Positions 51,397 to 64,000 of a DNA stretch of 64,000 nt are shown here, one piece after another (positions within the stretch are counted from its first letter, which is position 1; the number at the start of each line of letters is the position of its first letter). The notes under the pieces are model-generated. The model made no database searches. It was not told the origin of the DNA and saw nothing but the letters and a program-made list of their open reading frames with translations. The translations under genes and the position numbers were made by a program. Origin of the DNA: Octopus bimaculoides (lineage: Eukaryota); contig NC_068982.1 in the NCBI RefSeq assembly GCF_001194135.2, positions 176,781,031 to 176,845,030 of the forward strand, read 5' to 3'.

Positions 51397-52864
51397 TGTG
51401 TATTTGTGCGCACACGTGTTTGTATGTTGCGCATCATGTTTTCGAAGAAGGATGCGATTTTTTAACTGATACTCTGCCAGAACGGAGGTTGCTGGCGCAC
51501 AGATTGCAGGAAATATGAGACTGAGCTCGCCTATAAAACTCCATTCGTGCGATGAAGCTACAATAGGGTCAATATTTAAATTTTGTAAGTGTTTGTGATT
51601 CTCAGACTGCCCGCTGCAACGAAATCTCCGTCGTTAACTTATGATTTATGACTAGCTCGTGTTATGACTTATGTTGAGAGAATGCCACATCTCGCTCGTC
51701 GTTCTGGCAGTTGAACCTGTCTCGTTGATATTTAAATTACCATGTCGTAATTCACCGAAATTCTAGTTATCGTTTGCATCTTGGACACACATAATACACA
51801 ACACTGAACGTGGACTTGTGTCACTCGCTTGACTGCAGCCATGCTTGGAAGGGTTTTATCCCAACAGAGCCCTTGAATAACTGAGACAGAAACAAAGCAA
51901 CGCCGGCTATCAAGGTGTTAGGGGACGAAAGACTCACGTTCACACACACAAGCATCAATATATATATATATAAATATATATATGGCAAGCTTCCACCTTC
52001 CAGTCTATCAACACTACTCATAAGGGTTTGGTCAGCCTGAGGTTATAGTAGAAGACACTTGCCAAACGGGCCACGCGGTGGTACTGAAACTGGAACCATG
52101 TGATTGAGAAGTAATCTTCTTAGAACACAGCTACGTTTGCGCTTACATGTACACATTTGACAAAATAAAGGGATTTCCTTATGAAATATTGATTCCCTTT
52201 CTTTGTAATCAAGACGGCATTAACAAATATGATATGAAACAAAATATACATGGATCACTTAGAAGTGAAATCTAGGTGTCAGCTCTAAAAATTGTTCCTT
52301 TTCTCCCAATAAATTCTTGGTACATATTTATGATCAGAATTTCAAATAGTCTATGATTATGACAGAAGTGTGCAAGATAGTATGGTGCATCGGTCTAACT
52401 GCATAATTTATTTCTATTTATTCAGGATGAATAACAATGATACTTACCAGCCTGCAACGGAATCTAAACAAGCGACCATGTCGTTTATAAACTACACATT
52501 TGTAATATCGTTGGCCGAACGTATAAAATCAATCTCCTTTCATTATCTTTATTTCCATTACTGTGAGGACAGCTTTTAATTCTGGAGATAAAGATGTTGG
52601 GGATGATCTCCCACGAGACTTCCCACAACTCAGTTTAGCTGATTCCGGCTGAGAGAAAAAGAATCGACAGCGGTACTTGACACATACTGTATTTATTATC
52701 GGCGAAATGTTGAGCAGCACGTTGACCTCGGTGGAATTTTATCGCAGAACACAAAATGTCAGGGCGAATATTGTAATGCTCCGTACTATGCACAGTAAGC
52801 CCAAGCAATCCGCCGTCTCTGAAGATGTTAATCTTCATGATATAAAGAAAATACGACGTCAATG

Positions 52865-53005
52865 TGAATGTTGATAGTGATGACGACAACGTTGTCACTG
52901 CTGCTGCTGCTACTGATGATGGTGATGCTAATGATGATGATCATCATGATCATGATCATGATGACGAAGACGACGACGATGAAGATGACGACGATGACGT
53001 CGTTG
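52865..53005. repeat. Compound (GAT/GAC/CAT/GCT)n microsatellite
   Basis: Read directly. Confidence 0.9.
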
Positions 53006-53711
53006 ATGATATAGAAGTCAGTTCTTGTAAAAATCATTTCGTCAATTTTTTATGCTGTAACATTATTTTTATTGAAATATTTATACAGTCAGTAGTCAGT
53101 TTTATGAACAGTCATAAAGAATAACTAATATCGAAACTGCCATGAAAGTAAAATACGACAGTAGAGTATTAAGTAAAAGCTGTAGCGTAGGAAATTTTAT
53201 ATACAAAATGAGTATTTATTATAAGATATCAAAATCTTCAGTGAAACATAAAACACGAAGCTAACGATCGGGTTATTTTAACCTGAGCATATTCATGTAT
53301 TATTTATGAGGGGAATAAGGAACTTGAGTTATTTCACAAATGAATTTACGAGCGTTAGGTAATAACATCGAATTACTGTAAAGCAATACAGTCTTATGAA
53401 ACAAACATTTTATATTATGATACAAAAGCAACTATTGCAATTCACATTTGATATTTCACATATTACGACATAATATACACAAAATACTAATTTAACAGGA
53501 GAAAAAATACAGAAAAATGACACCCAAGAAATTATTCGTCTCTAAATTATTGGATGCTTTATAGTGTGTAAACATATGACCAAAATCATTTAGGTTCCGG
53601 AACGAAATACTGTGATGAAATCAATAGCCCATGTTTGTAACAATTATTATTTTTGATATTGGGGATGGTTCTAATAATAGTACTAACAAAGATAATAATT
53701 GTTGTTGCTGT

Positions 53712-55290
53712 TGTTATTATTATTATTATTATTATTATTGTTCAGTAGTATTATTTTTATAACGTGCTTTCACTTCACTACCGAGCGCAGCTCTCTGCGC
53801 CTTGGGTATGTGCTGTGGTTTGGTGTGGTGCTCTTATGGTTACTGTGTTGAAAGTGTTTTGCGTAGGATGTGTGCTGTGCCTAGTAGTGCAATAGCAATT
53901 GTTTCTGTTTTTAGATTCCGCATTCGAGTTATCTCTATTTCCAGGTTTTTGTATTTTGAAAGTTTTTCCATTTCTTTTAGAGAGACGTTGTCATCTGCTG
54001 GTATTGATACATCAATTAGAAAGCATTTTTTTCTTCATGATCTTTGACAACTATATCTGATTTATTTGCCTTAATTTCTCTATCTGTGTGTATTGGCATA
54101 TCCCAGAGTATGGTTGCTTTCTCGTTTTCTGTGACCTTTTCTGGCGTGTGTTTATACCATCTTTTTTCTGTTGTTNNNNNNNNNNNNNNNNNNNNNNNNN
54201 NNNNNNNNNNNNNNNNNNNNNNNNNNNNNNNNNNNNNNNNNNNNNNNNNNNNNNNNNNNNNNNNNNNNNNNNNNNNNNNNNNNNNNNNNNNNNNNNNNNN
54301 NNNNNNNNNNNNNNNNNNNNNNNNNNNNNNNNNNNNNNNNNNNNNNNNNNNNNNNNNNNNNNNNNNNNNNNNNNNNNNNNNNNNNNNNNNNNNNNNNNNN
54401 NNNNNNNNNNNNNNNNNNNNNNNNNNNNNNNNNNNNNNNNNNNNNNNNNNNNNNNNNNNNNNNNNNNNNNNNNNNNNNNNNNNNNNNNNNNNNNNNNNNN
54501 NNNNNNNNNNNNNNNNNNNNNNNNNNNNNNNNNNNNNNNNNNNNNNNNNNNNNNNNNNNNNNNNNNNNNNNNNNNNNNNNNNNNNNNNNNNNNNNNNNNN
54601 NNNNNNNNNNNNNNNNNNNNNNNNNNNNNNNNNNNNNNNNNNNNNNNNNNNNNNNNNNNNNNNNNNNNNNNNNNNNNNNNNNNNNNNNNNNNNNNNNNNN
54701 NNNNNNNNNNNNNNNNNNNNNNNNNNNNNNNNNNNNNNNNNNNNNNNNNNNNNNNNNNNNNNNNNNNNNNNNNNNNNNNNNNNNNNNNNNNNNNNNNNNN
54801 NNNNNNNNNNNNNNNNNNNNNNNNNNNNNNNNNNNNNNNNNNNNNNNNNNNNNNGCCTCCTAGAGCCTGTCATTATTTTTCCTGTTTTCCTGTCTATTTT
54901 CGTTAGTTCATTTAGTGTCCAATTAAGGATATTGTAGCTGTAACTTATAACTGGGACAGCTAAAGTGTTAATACCTATTATCTTGTTTTTGCATTGAGCT
55001 CTCTTTTAAGTATTGATCTAACTCGTCTATAGTATTCTTTCTTTATTTTCTCTTTCATTTGTGTGTGTTGTATCTTATCTAGTTCAAATATTCCTACATA
55101 TTTATGTCTGGCTTTGGTCTAATGCTCTTATTTCATTGGCTTTATCTAGTGTGATGTTGCTACTCTTAATTAGTTTTCCCTTTTTCATGGTTGCTTTGGC
55201 ACATTTTTCTAATCGAAATTTTATATCTATTTCTTTGATTATTATTATTATTATTATTATTTGTGAGGCTTGTTTATTCTTCTGTTGTTG
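53712..55290 (-). mobile_element. R4/Dong-type LINE 3' portion spanning a gap, ending in (AAT)n
   Basis: KRWYKHTPEKVTENEKATILWDMPIHTDREIKANKSDIVVKD followed by LIDVSIP.DDNVSLKE.EKLSKYK (RLE motifs); 3' UTR abuts (TAA)n. Confidence 0.92.
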
Positions 55291-56829
55291 ATTATCAGTG
55301 CTCGGTGCTGTACAAATATGATAATGTATTTAATTATTTTGCTATATTTCTGTTCCTTCTCACATAATATAGTATTGCTTTGATCAATATTTTGGTAATT
55401 TTTCTGTCATATTTGTATGTGAGTTGATTTAACAACAACATTAATATAGGTCATGTTTATTCGTGAAAAATCTTTCTGAAATTGTAAGAGATATTTCATC
55501 GCGAAGCATCTTTATTATGGCTTGTACAGAATTCCAATAAATTTCATAAAGGTTTCCTGTTTATTTCATTTTGTGCATATCTGTTTGAACCGTACATAGC
55601 TTTTGGCTATTCAGCATGTACGTTGTAAATATATTTCTTTCTTTCTTTCTTTCCCTCTCGCTATATATCTATTCATCATCTGTCCAGCAAACTCTTTTAC
55701 CTCCTCTCTTTCTCTCTCTTCCTCTCTGCATATAAATATCCTTGTGCGTATTTGTCTTTCTGTGACTATTTGAACTGAATTCCTCTAATCATTGTTTAGT
55801 GTTTAGTTATGTGATACATATTGAAACGGCGGACGGGATCGTAAATATTATGTTGCAATCGCTTTACACCGATGACTAACTTCCAGGCTTTTCAGTTGAG
55901 CGTTTTACATTCCAAGTACAGATAACGTATACTTTCTTATATGTAAAATAGAGAGCTGCAAAATGTTGATCTACCGGTGTTACGAATCCAAATAATAAAT
56001 AGAACTCCTTCTAAGAACGTATAAAATCTAAGACAAAAACATTGCAAGAATGATGAATTTAATAACATTAGTCGGATATAATTTCTTCTGCGTTGTTCAA
56101 ATTCTCATCAAAACCTGAAGAAGAGATATTACTGGAGATACTTTCCCTGCTTTTAACCTGGGTGGTCTTAGCTGATCAAATGTATTCCATGTTACATTAC
56201 ATATGTGAGACACTGTCGCATTATTCATAACCTCTTATATAATATAGAACATCTTTGAGTTGATTTCGTTTTCTCAATAGAACAAACTTGCTTATCTCGC
56301 CACAGCCTACAAACTACTTTCAGTTTTCAGTTCAATATAAGATAGTGACTTAAATTCTTTTATAAAACGTATGAACGTCACACAATCTATACTTATTTTC
56401 AGATATAAACGCATAAAGTATATCTATTGTAGGAAAAACAAAAATCAATAATTATTTGGCTTCCTGTCAAGGCTATAAAGAAATATGACAAATGTCATTT
56501 CATTAAAAGGATAATAAATGCTGTTATACGAAATAAACTTATAAAATGAAGAAACTATGAAATTGTTCACAAAACAAAATGCGACAGTGTTTTAGTCCAA
56601 GTAGAAATATTTTCTAAGGTCACAAATTAAAGTCGCATGTAACTTATACATAACACGTTTATCTTTTATTTTTTCATCTTATTTTTTACTTGTTTCAGTT
56701 ATTTGGACTGCAGCTATGCTGCAGCAGCGCCTTCAAGGGTTTGGTCGAACGAATTGGCTCAGTGGTTATTGTATTTAACGTTGATACTTATCCGCTAGCT
56801 TTCTTTTCGTTGAATATACAGTCAAGTGT

Positions 56830-57125
56830 AATCGAGTGACAAAATTGTTAGAGACGCTAAAAACATACTGCGTGACATTTTTTCAACTCTTTTGCTGATA
56901 TCCTCTCCACTGTTCATCCCTCAATGATATATATTTATTCCTTTATCTGACGAATATAAGTTTTCTAAAATCTTTTCTAATACAGATGTAAATAATTTGG
57001 GTGATATGGTGTCTCCTTGTCTGACTCATTTACCAACTTTGATATAAAATGCTTTGTTGTTTATAGTTCTACAATCAGTGTACACATTATCTGTAGTTCT
57101 ACAATCAGTATACACATTATCAAAT
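56830..57125 (-). mobile_element. Decayed RTE RT fragment
   Basis: Minus strand VRQGDTISP motif near 57000-57030. Confidence 0.75.
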
Positions 57126-57129
57126 TAGT

Positions 57130-57505
57130 AATGTTGCATCTTTCAGGTGCATATTACTAAGCTGGCAATAAAATGTTTACGGTTGCCTGGATGGAACCAT
57201 AGAGCTATCAGAACTAAAGAACAGGAAATCATGATGGTCTTCGGGAGGACATACGCCCTCTACTGCTTAGATAACTGCTCCCAACTATGGAGTATAAAAT
57301 TAACGGTGGAACTAGGAGTGATACAAATGCGACATGTCAGCTACTGGGAAAGGCTGAAAAATGAAGACTGTTACTTACATATCGGGTACGATATATAATG
57401 ATATACATCACGAAAATTCTGAAAGGACTTGTTCAAACAGCAGATGGAACGCCACTGCTGATGATCGCAAACTCGTCATCAAGATACTGCAAAGGGTTGT
57501 ATATA
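57130..57505 (+). mobile_element. Decayed CR1 LINE 3' region
   Basis: LDNCSQLWS...MRHVSYWERLK...IIYITKILKGLV. Confidence 0.8.
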
Positions 57506-58369
57506 CATGAACATATAAACATATATATATATACATATACATACATAGACACAAACATACTTACACATACACACAAATATATATATACATATGTATATAT
57601 ATGTTGATATATATATATAAACATATATATATATACTTATACACACTCACGCACATAATATATATATATGAATGATGTATATGTATGTATATATATATAT
57701 ATATATNNNNNNNNNNNNNNNNNNNNNNNNNNNNNNNNNNNNNNNNNNNNNNNNNNNNNNNNNNNNNNNNNNNNNNNNNNNNNNNNNNNNNNNNNNNNNN
57801 NNNNNNNNNNNNNNNNNNNNNNNNNNNNNNNNNNNNNNNNNNNNNNNNNNNNNNNNNNNNNNNNNNNNNNNNNNNNNNNNNNNNNNNNNNNNNNNNNNNN
57901 NNNNNNNNNNNNNNNNNNNNNNNNNNNNNNNNNNNNNNNNNNNNNNNNNNNNNNNNNNNNNNNNNNNNNNNNNNNNNNNNNNNNNNNNNNNNNNNNNNNN
58001 NNNNNNNNNNNNNNNNNNNNNNNNNNNNNNNNNNNNNNNNNNNNNNNNNNNNNNNNNNNNTGTGTGTGTGTGCATGTGTGTTTGTGCATGAGTGTGTGTG
58101 CGTGTGTGTGTTTATGGGTGCATGCGTGCGCGTGTAACAAAAGTTATAGATACACAGGCCCAAATAAGTTTAAGGCTGATGATAATAGTTCAATTCCATC
58201 ATTAATACATTCTTAACAAAATTGTATAAAATTATTTTACTGTTTACAGTTTATGTAGAATTTTTTTTCGCTTTCCAATGAGATAGGCATTATATATCTT
58301 TCTATAATTCGAATAATTTTAATGCTTAATTAAATGAAATGATTACAAATTGTCGGTAAAATAAGTTTA

Positions 58370-58690
58370 AGACCGTACCAAGATTATGCAAATTCATGAA
58401 CCAAATGGGTGGTCATAAAGCTGGTCGTAATGCACTGCGTTGTTTAATAATTCAGCATCGTTACACATTAATTCACTAGGGGAAAGTGTCGCAATATCAG
58501 CTTAGTTTATAGATTAAAGATCGTGTTGTTTCATCAGCAAAATGTGCCCTTCATGAACAGTAGCAAGCAATTAGGATGCAGCAAAACGGCTTGTGTTCAG
58601 GCATCGAAGTTTTTCCAAATCACTGGTCAATACAAAGATCGGCAAAGAATGTGCGCTCCGAGAGAATATTCATCTTTACACCATTTAAGG
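58370..58690 (+). mobile_element. Tc1-like transposase N-terminal (HTH) remnant
   Basis: KIVLFHQQNVPFMNSSKQLGCSKTACVQASKFFQITGQYKDRQRMCAPR resembles the Tc1 HTH region and the GRPR motif. Confidence 0.6.
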
Positions 58691-59349
58691 GCACTGCGTA
58701 TATAGAACAGATCCTCTTAATTGTCCATTCCGTGATAAATGGAAACGACTACCTTCCTATTTCAATTTGGTAACGTGACTACGCATTCTGGACAGGCTGC
58801 GGTATATAGTTTTTAAAGTTTAGCATGCAGTCAACTTTTGAACGAAAAGTAAGTCTGTTATGACAACGTCATTTACAAAAGCAAATCACGCTGGTAGTAA
58901 TAGTAACCAGTGCATTTCCCTTTAGATAATTTGCTCACAAGAACGCTACCATGGCCATCAAAGAGTGGAGTAGAGAAACTGTATATCTTATTATGGAGGC
59001 TGTATCCAGTGACTGTCATTGGTCACGAACATTTCAAGGCATATCACACAAAGACAATTTGGAATGAAAATAATTCAACTCTTTGTGAGTCAGTACATAG
59101 GGAAACGATGCATATGCAATCGATATATTTAGAGGATAATTGGGTGGCGTATCTTTCCGAGTGTCGCAATGTATACATATACTCCGTAAATATTTATTTT
59201 TCTTTATCACAATAAGTTCTATATAGTTGTCTTTTAAATATTATTTGCACTAGAAGCTTAATTCCGAAACCAGATAATATTGATATTCATGTTTTAATAC
59301 AGCAGTGATTGTGTTAGGAAGTTTCTTTCTGTTTCTACTCATCTGTTGT

Positions 59350-60760
59350 TCACTTTAAAAATACTTTCATTAAAGATATATTATCTAAGCCTGGCTGTAC
59401 ACAGGCCTACAACAATTTTCTTCTCGCTGTTGTCAAAACATTTGAACCTGAACTAGGGTCCCTTAGTGCAGATTTGTGTTCATAATTGCTCCCAACATTC
59501 GAACGTTCTCCAGTATGTTGATGTTGTTAACTATCGACTATTTCAGCATAGTTGGCTGTTTTCTTGTTGCCCGAGTTATTCAAAACTATTACAAATAAAT
59601 TTCACGCTGCTACCTCAATGAATTTAATTGTATTTATAAGTTCCCATCTTCCATAAATTTCCTGATGTAAGGCCCATCAAAAATCATCAAATACCATCAA
59701 ATACTACCAAATACCATCAAGTACTCCACTATTCATCTTTTCACCGCTTAGGCCGGAAAATATGCTGTGGCTATAGTAAAAACACAGTCGATCTTTAATC
59801 CAGAGTTTTAAAAAAGTGCTTAATAATGCCAAGTTTGATATCGATTGGAAGTGGAATAATTTTTCTCAGTTGAAATAAAGACTCTTCAACTACAATGAAA
59901 GACCCAGGATTTGGTGTTCGCTGCGTCTATTATTAGCTAACCCAATGCTTTCTCCGGTTCTGTTCTCTCACATACATAAAAAGCATTGATATTTGGTGGA
60001 ACCACTTTGTTACCACAAGAGAAAAGTGTCCCTCTTAAAGTCTACGAATATATACTACTGTTGATTGTGGTGCTTAATTTTCTCTTGCGCTCCTTTCACA
60101 ACTTCATATTTATCTGCTAGTCTTGTAGACTGAGCAATTGGAACAGATAACAATATATTTCAATTATGAAGCTGAACATATTTGAAACTTTTCGAGCAAT
60201 CAATATTCTGCGAATCACTTTCAACATGCTCTGCTAATACCATATCCTCCGACGCAGTCATTCAATGTTTATGCAATACACTAACACATCGTTTTCTATG
60301 AAGAAACGGAAGAAATTCAACATGCCTAGTGAGCCAATAGTGTCTAGTGAGCCTTCTTTAAAAAGGCTTTTTACCTTTAGGCGAGACGGAAGGACTTCTG
60401 CAGATTCTTTTGATAAGTTTAAGAAACTTACCGAGTCACTCAGTTCATCTTGATCAATTAGCTGTAGGTTTGACTCATAAGTAAATAACCTGAAATATTT
60501 CCTTCAGCAACTTGCCAACTGTTTCAACCTTCGCCATCGCAACAACAGAACTAACAGGGACATTATAATGCCTTGGCACGAGGGCCCTAAACGAAATGTG
60601 ATGATTTGTCATGTTAGTCATTTAATACATCAGAATTTGAGAAATAAGATCGCCTTAACTTTATATCGGACAATGCTTACAGGAACACGTAAAATATTAC
60701 TTCAGCTTGTACAAAACCCCTTCTTGAAGACGCGATGCCGTATAGAAATAACGTGAAACC
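59350..60760 (-). pseudogene. Decayed Chapaev3-type (CMC superfamily) transposase
   Basis: Minus strand QLIDQDELSDSVSFLNLSKESAEVLPSRLK, VPIAQSTRLADKYEVVK and IFVDFK...QSGSTKYQCFLCM*EN match this family's motifs; many stops and frameshifts. Confidence 0.82.
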
Positions 60761-61979
60761 AAACGAGACAGACTTTGAATTCAAAAGCCTGCTATTATGA
60801 TAATCATTTATCCATAGAAGCGTTTGGATCTATGAAACCCAGTCCTTACAACACTTGTGCTAAATCTAATGACCGCATAGAAAAAGAAAACAATATTAGG
60901 ACTAGTGGAATTTGATTTCAAGTCCACTAAATAGAAACTTATGACTGTAAAGAAATTAGTTCGTAGCTGAACTGTTTCTACCAATAAAAACAACAGCAAC
61001 ACAGACAGTATTGACTTACAGTATAACCATACAATGTATCCCATCACGTTATGCGACTTATTATGAAACCTGAATATTGCAGTCTCTAAAAGCTTTGGCA
61101 ATGAAACCGTTTAAAATTCCCATCATGCTACATGTAAGATACCAGTTGATGGTATGGCGATAACTAACATCTAGAGCGATAATTACATTTACTATTGTAA
61201 CCTAACCCTGTTTTTGCAAGAAGTTAATTTTTAACATGTCTTATGTCTATATGAAGCACGTTACAGCATATGTGCTTGTTTTTGTGTGAGTAAATTTGTA
61301 TCTATCGTACACGAATAGATAAGAAAGTTAATGTCATAGTGTCATCTGAAATTATTATGCGCGTATCAATGTCATTCTGGAACTGCGTGCTGGATAAACT
61401 TAGTTTACCGTAGTTGATTATTTAGTTAGTAAGAAACTACATCGCTGTTGATTGGTTCCCTCTTAAAAGTTTGCAGCAGAGAATTTATGTCATAATTCAT
61501 ACGGAGATGTCACGATATATGCTGCACTTGGTAGCCATGATTGACAATGTTATTGGTTTTGATATATTGTTTGGCTAGGAGGAAACATCGATCGAATAAG
61601 AATATCCTAAACATAGTTAAAGACAAATACGTGAAGACGCTTGATCATGTTTGTTACTCACACATCGACATAATAAGTACCATATAATCATTTATAGAGA
61701 TTCGTAAAAATTTCTTCAAATGAGCTGGCAAGTTTGAGATATGAATTGTTCTCTCATGCATTCTTTTAGAACTTTAACTAAACATTATTGTATTTACAAA
61801 TGACAATCTGTCATTTAGTCTGAAGAACTGTAAATATAACTCTGCCGATGTTTATTATAGATGTGTGTCGTTAAAAAAGAAGAGAAATTGCAATGGTTAT
61901 TTTTTTAAATAACACAGTAACTAGAAAACGGTGGAGAAATTATAATTTCAAAGAAAACAAAATACCAACAGCATATACT

Positions 61980-62470
61980 TTGCAACATAAAACAAATCAC
62001 TCCATTTTTACTTTGCCTATATACCTATATGGCAGACTTTCTCTCACTCTCTCTTTGTTTACATTCCTGCAGGCATTCCCCTTTTATTCCCTCTCGCTGT
62101 CTCTCTTCCTCCTTTTCCCTGGCTGTCATTCTCTTCTGTTGTTGCTGTTATGTGACCCGCCTACACTGGTCCCGAGCTGACCACTCGCAAATTCTTTGTC
62201 TCTCCTTCCTTTAGGACATTTTCTAAGCGTTACCAACTAACTATTCTTGTCCTCCTTACCCTAACGCTATATTTTGCTCGACGGTCCGTCCTTCTCCAGC
62301 GGCCTAAATCACACTCTGTGTCATTTTGCTTTGTTTTGTTTTGTTGTTTGCTCTCGGCCCTGAATTCTCCTCAAAAAATAATTTTTTGCGGGCGCCGCCA
62401 ATTATGAAGTTCTCAGTCTTATTAAAGGTACGAAACTGTGTATTAGCAATTGGTTGATAACTGTTGAAGA
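61980..62470 (+). mobile_element. Probable Penelope-type pLTR (pyrimidine-rich tract plus hammerhead-like vestige near 62400-62452)
   Basis: ccaattATGAAG...acGAAACtgtGTAttagcaattgg. Confidence 0.35.
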
Positions 62471-62676
62471 ATTAGGGACCTTCTATGTTTCTCTCCCGTC
62501 CGGTTTTACACTCAGTATATGTTATGTCGCATGTTTATTTACCATACATTTTTCATTTATATATATATATATANNNNNNNNNNNNNNNNNNNNNNNNNNN
62601 NNNNNNNNNNNNNNNNTATATAGATAGATAGATATATATATATATATAGATAGATAGATAGATAGATAGATAGATC

Positions 62677-62710
<34 letters not shown>

Positions 62711-63589
62711 CAGATAGATAGATAGACAGACAGGCAGACAGACAGACAGAAAGTCAGTCAGACAGGCAGATATAGTTAGATACATAGGTACGTATGCATG
62801 TATGTATGTATGTATATATGCAATAGATGTACGTACGTACGAATATGGCATGAAAACATGTAACCTGCTTTATTTTAACCATTTTGGTTGCAATGGATTC
62901 AAATTCTTCGTGAAAAACATCAGGGTAAGCACCAAATGAAACTGATTCCAGGCCTACTTGTTTTATGTACTAAAATCAACTAATAAATGTTAATTTTCTT
63001 AATTGGATATTTGGTACTCAGAAGCATTCTTGTCGATCAACGTGCATCACTGCGTTATATTTCATTCATTTTGACCCAACTTAGAATTGACTGTCGCGTA
63101 GCTTATTTATTCTGTAAACGAGATAATGAATATTCAAAGTTCGAATACTATTTTAGAGTAAAAACAAATGAGTTTCGGCAAAATAACATTGTAATTGAAA
63201 AAAGAGAATGTACCAGCGTTTTGCGGTGACACACTCAATGACTGCCACTGCGCTGATTACTAAATTGCAGATTCATAATTTGAATAATGATAGAGAAAAT
63301 TTGCATGTAAGAACAAGAAAATATCTGTAAGCAAATCATAAATACATAAATATTGTTGAGTATTTGGTATTACTTTGGGGACAGAGAAAATGCATGCCAG
63401 AAAATTTTGAAGAACAATTTAGCTTGAAGAATCCAATACTATCGGGAGTGAAAACTGATTCTCATATACTTCGTTGATTAAATTAATCTGGTACAGATAA
63501 GTCACCTATGCCATGACGATCACACGCTTCACACCTTCCTTCCAAGAACTGCTGTAAACAGCGAAAGTGAGCTAGAACCTTAAAAGTTA

Positions 63590-63671
63590 GTGCGCATGCA
63601 CAACAACGTTCAAGATCAATCTCTGCCAAGAAACTTCACTCTGCGTGCTTTAGCATCGTTACTATGGCAAC
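63590..63671. promoter_or_regulatory. Putative promoter motifs: NRF1-like GTGCGCATGCAC (63590-63601) and RFX X-box GTTACTATGGCAAC (63658-63671)
   Basis: Both are near-consensus palindromes within 70 bp of each other in non-repetitive, GC-elevated sequence. Confidence 0.45.
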
Positions 63672-64000
63672 AGTCCGGATTCTTATTGATTAGACCTCGT
63701 ATAAACGCATGTCTAAAGAATACACGCATAACCATGTGGTTACTAAACTATTCTCAAATTAACTGAGAGTATTCTTCGTACCACAAAACTTGTGAAAGTA
63801 TTTCTACTGTAATTTCTGTTAAAACCAATGAGTGCTAGCATAGAAGAAACATCACTCATGGATACACTGTTCAACCCCGTCGTATATTCACAATGTATGT
63901 GCTCGAAGCACAGACTCACACGCACACACACACACACACACACATATAATGGATAATAAAACGAATGGTTTACACCTGGTACCTTACTTCCGCCTTTCAT

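Noticed and set aside
52864-53124. Acidic Asp/His-rich 86-aa ORF resembling a biomineralisation or metal-binding peptide
   Set aside because: It is built from compound GAT/GAC/CAT microsatellite with no signal peptide or splice support.

Overview
This is AT-rich animal genomic DNA from a fragmented short-read assembly, with 12 N-gaps totalling about 4.2 kb, most flanked by microsatellites. The repeat families and microsatellite load resemble a coleoid cephalopod (Octopus-like); that is recognition from memory, not a search. I recognise no intact protein-coding gene, rRNA, tRNA or CRISPR array, and nearly all supplied ORFs are microsatellite, gap or decayed-TE artefacts. The window reads as intergenic DNA or a very large intron packed with decayed mobile elements: mariner, Tc1, a Chapaev3-type transposase, Penelope-like elements with hammerhead-like motifs, R4/Dong-type, RTE, CR1 and L1/Tx1 LINEs, several SINE families and fold-back MITEs. 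The most interesting structures are: (1) a ~3 kb unit bounded by 169-bp, ~99% identical inverted repeats and TA duplications, carrying permuted L1/Tx1 cargo (24009-27059); (2) a 591-bp MITE with an 8-bp TSD and a central (CCCTAA)n/(TTAGGG)n palindrome (13444-14034); (3) minimal hammerhead-like motifs; (4) a duplicated GC-rich module with a VNTR; (5) scattered short candidate exons and promoter motifs (RFX X-box, NRF1). I cannot claim a new biological system from this sequence alone.
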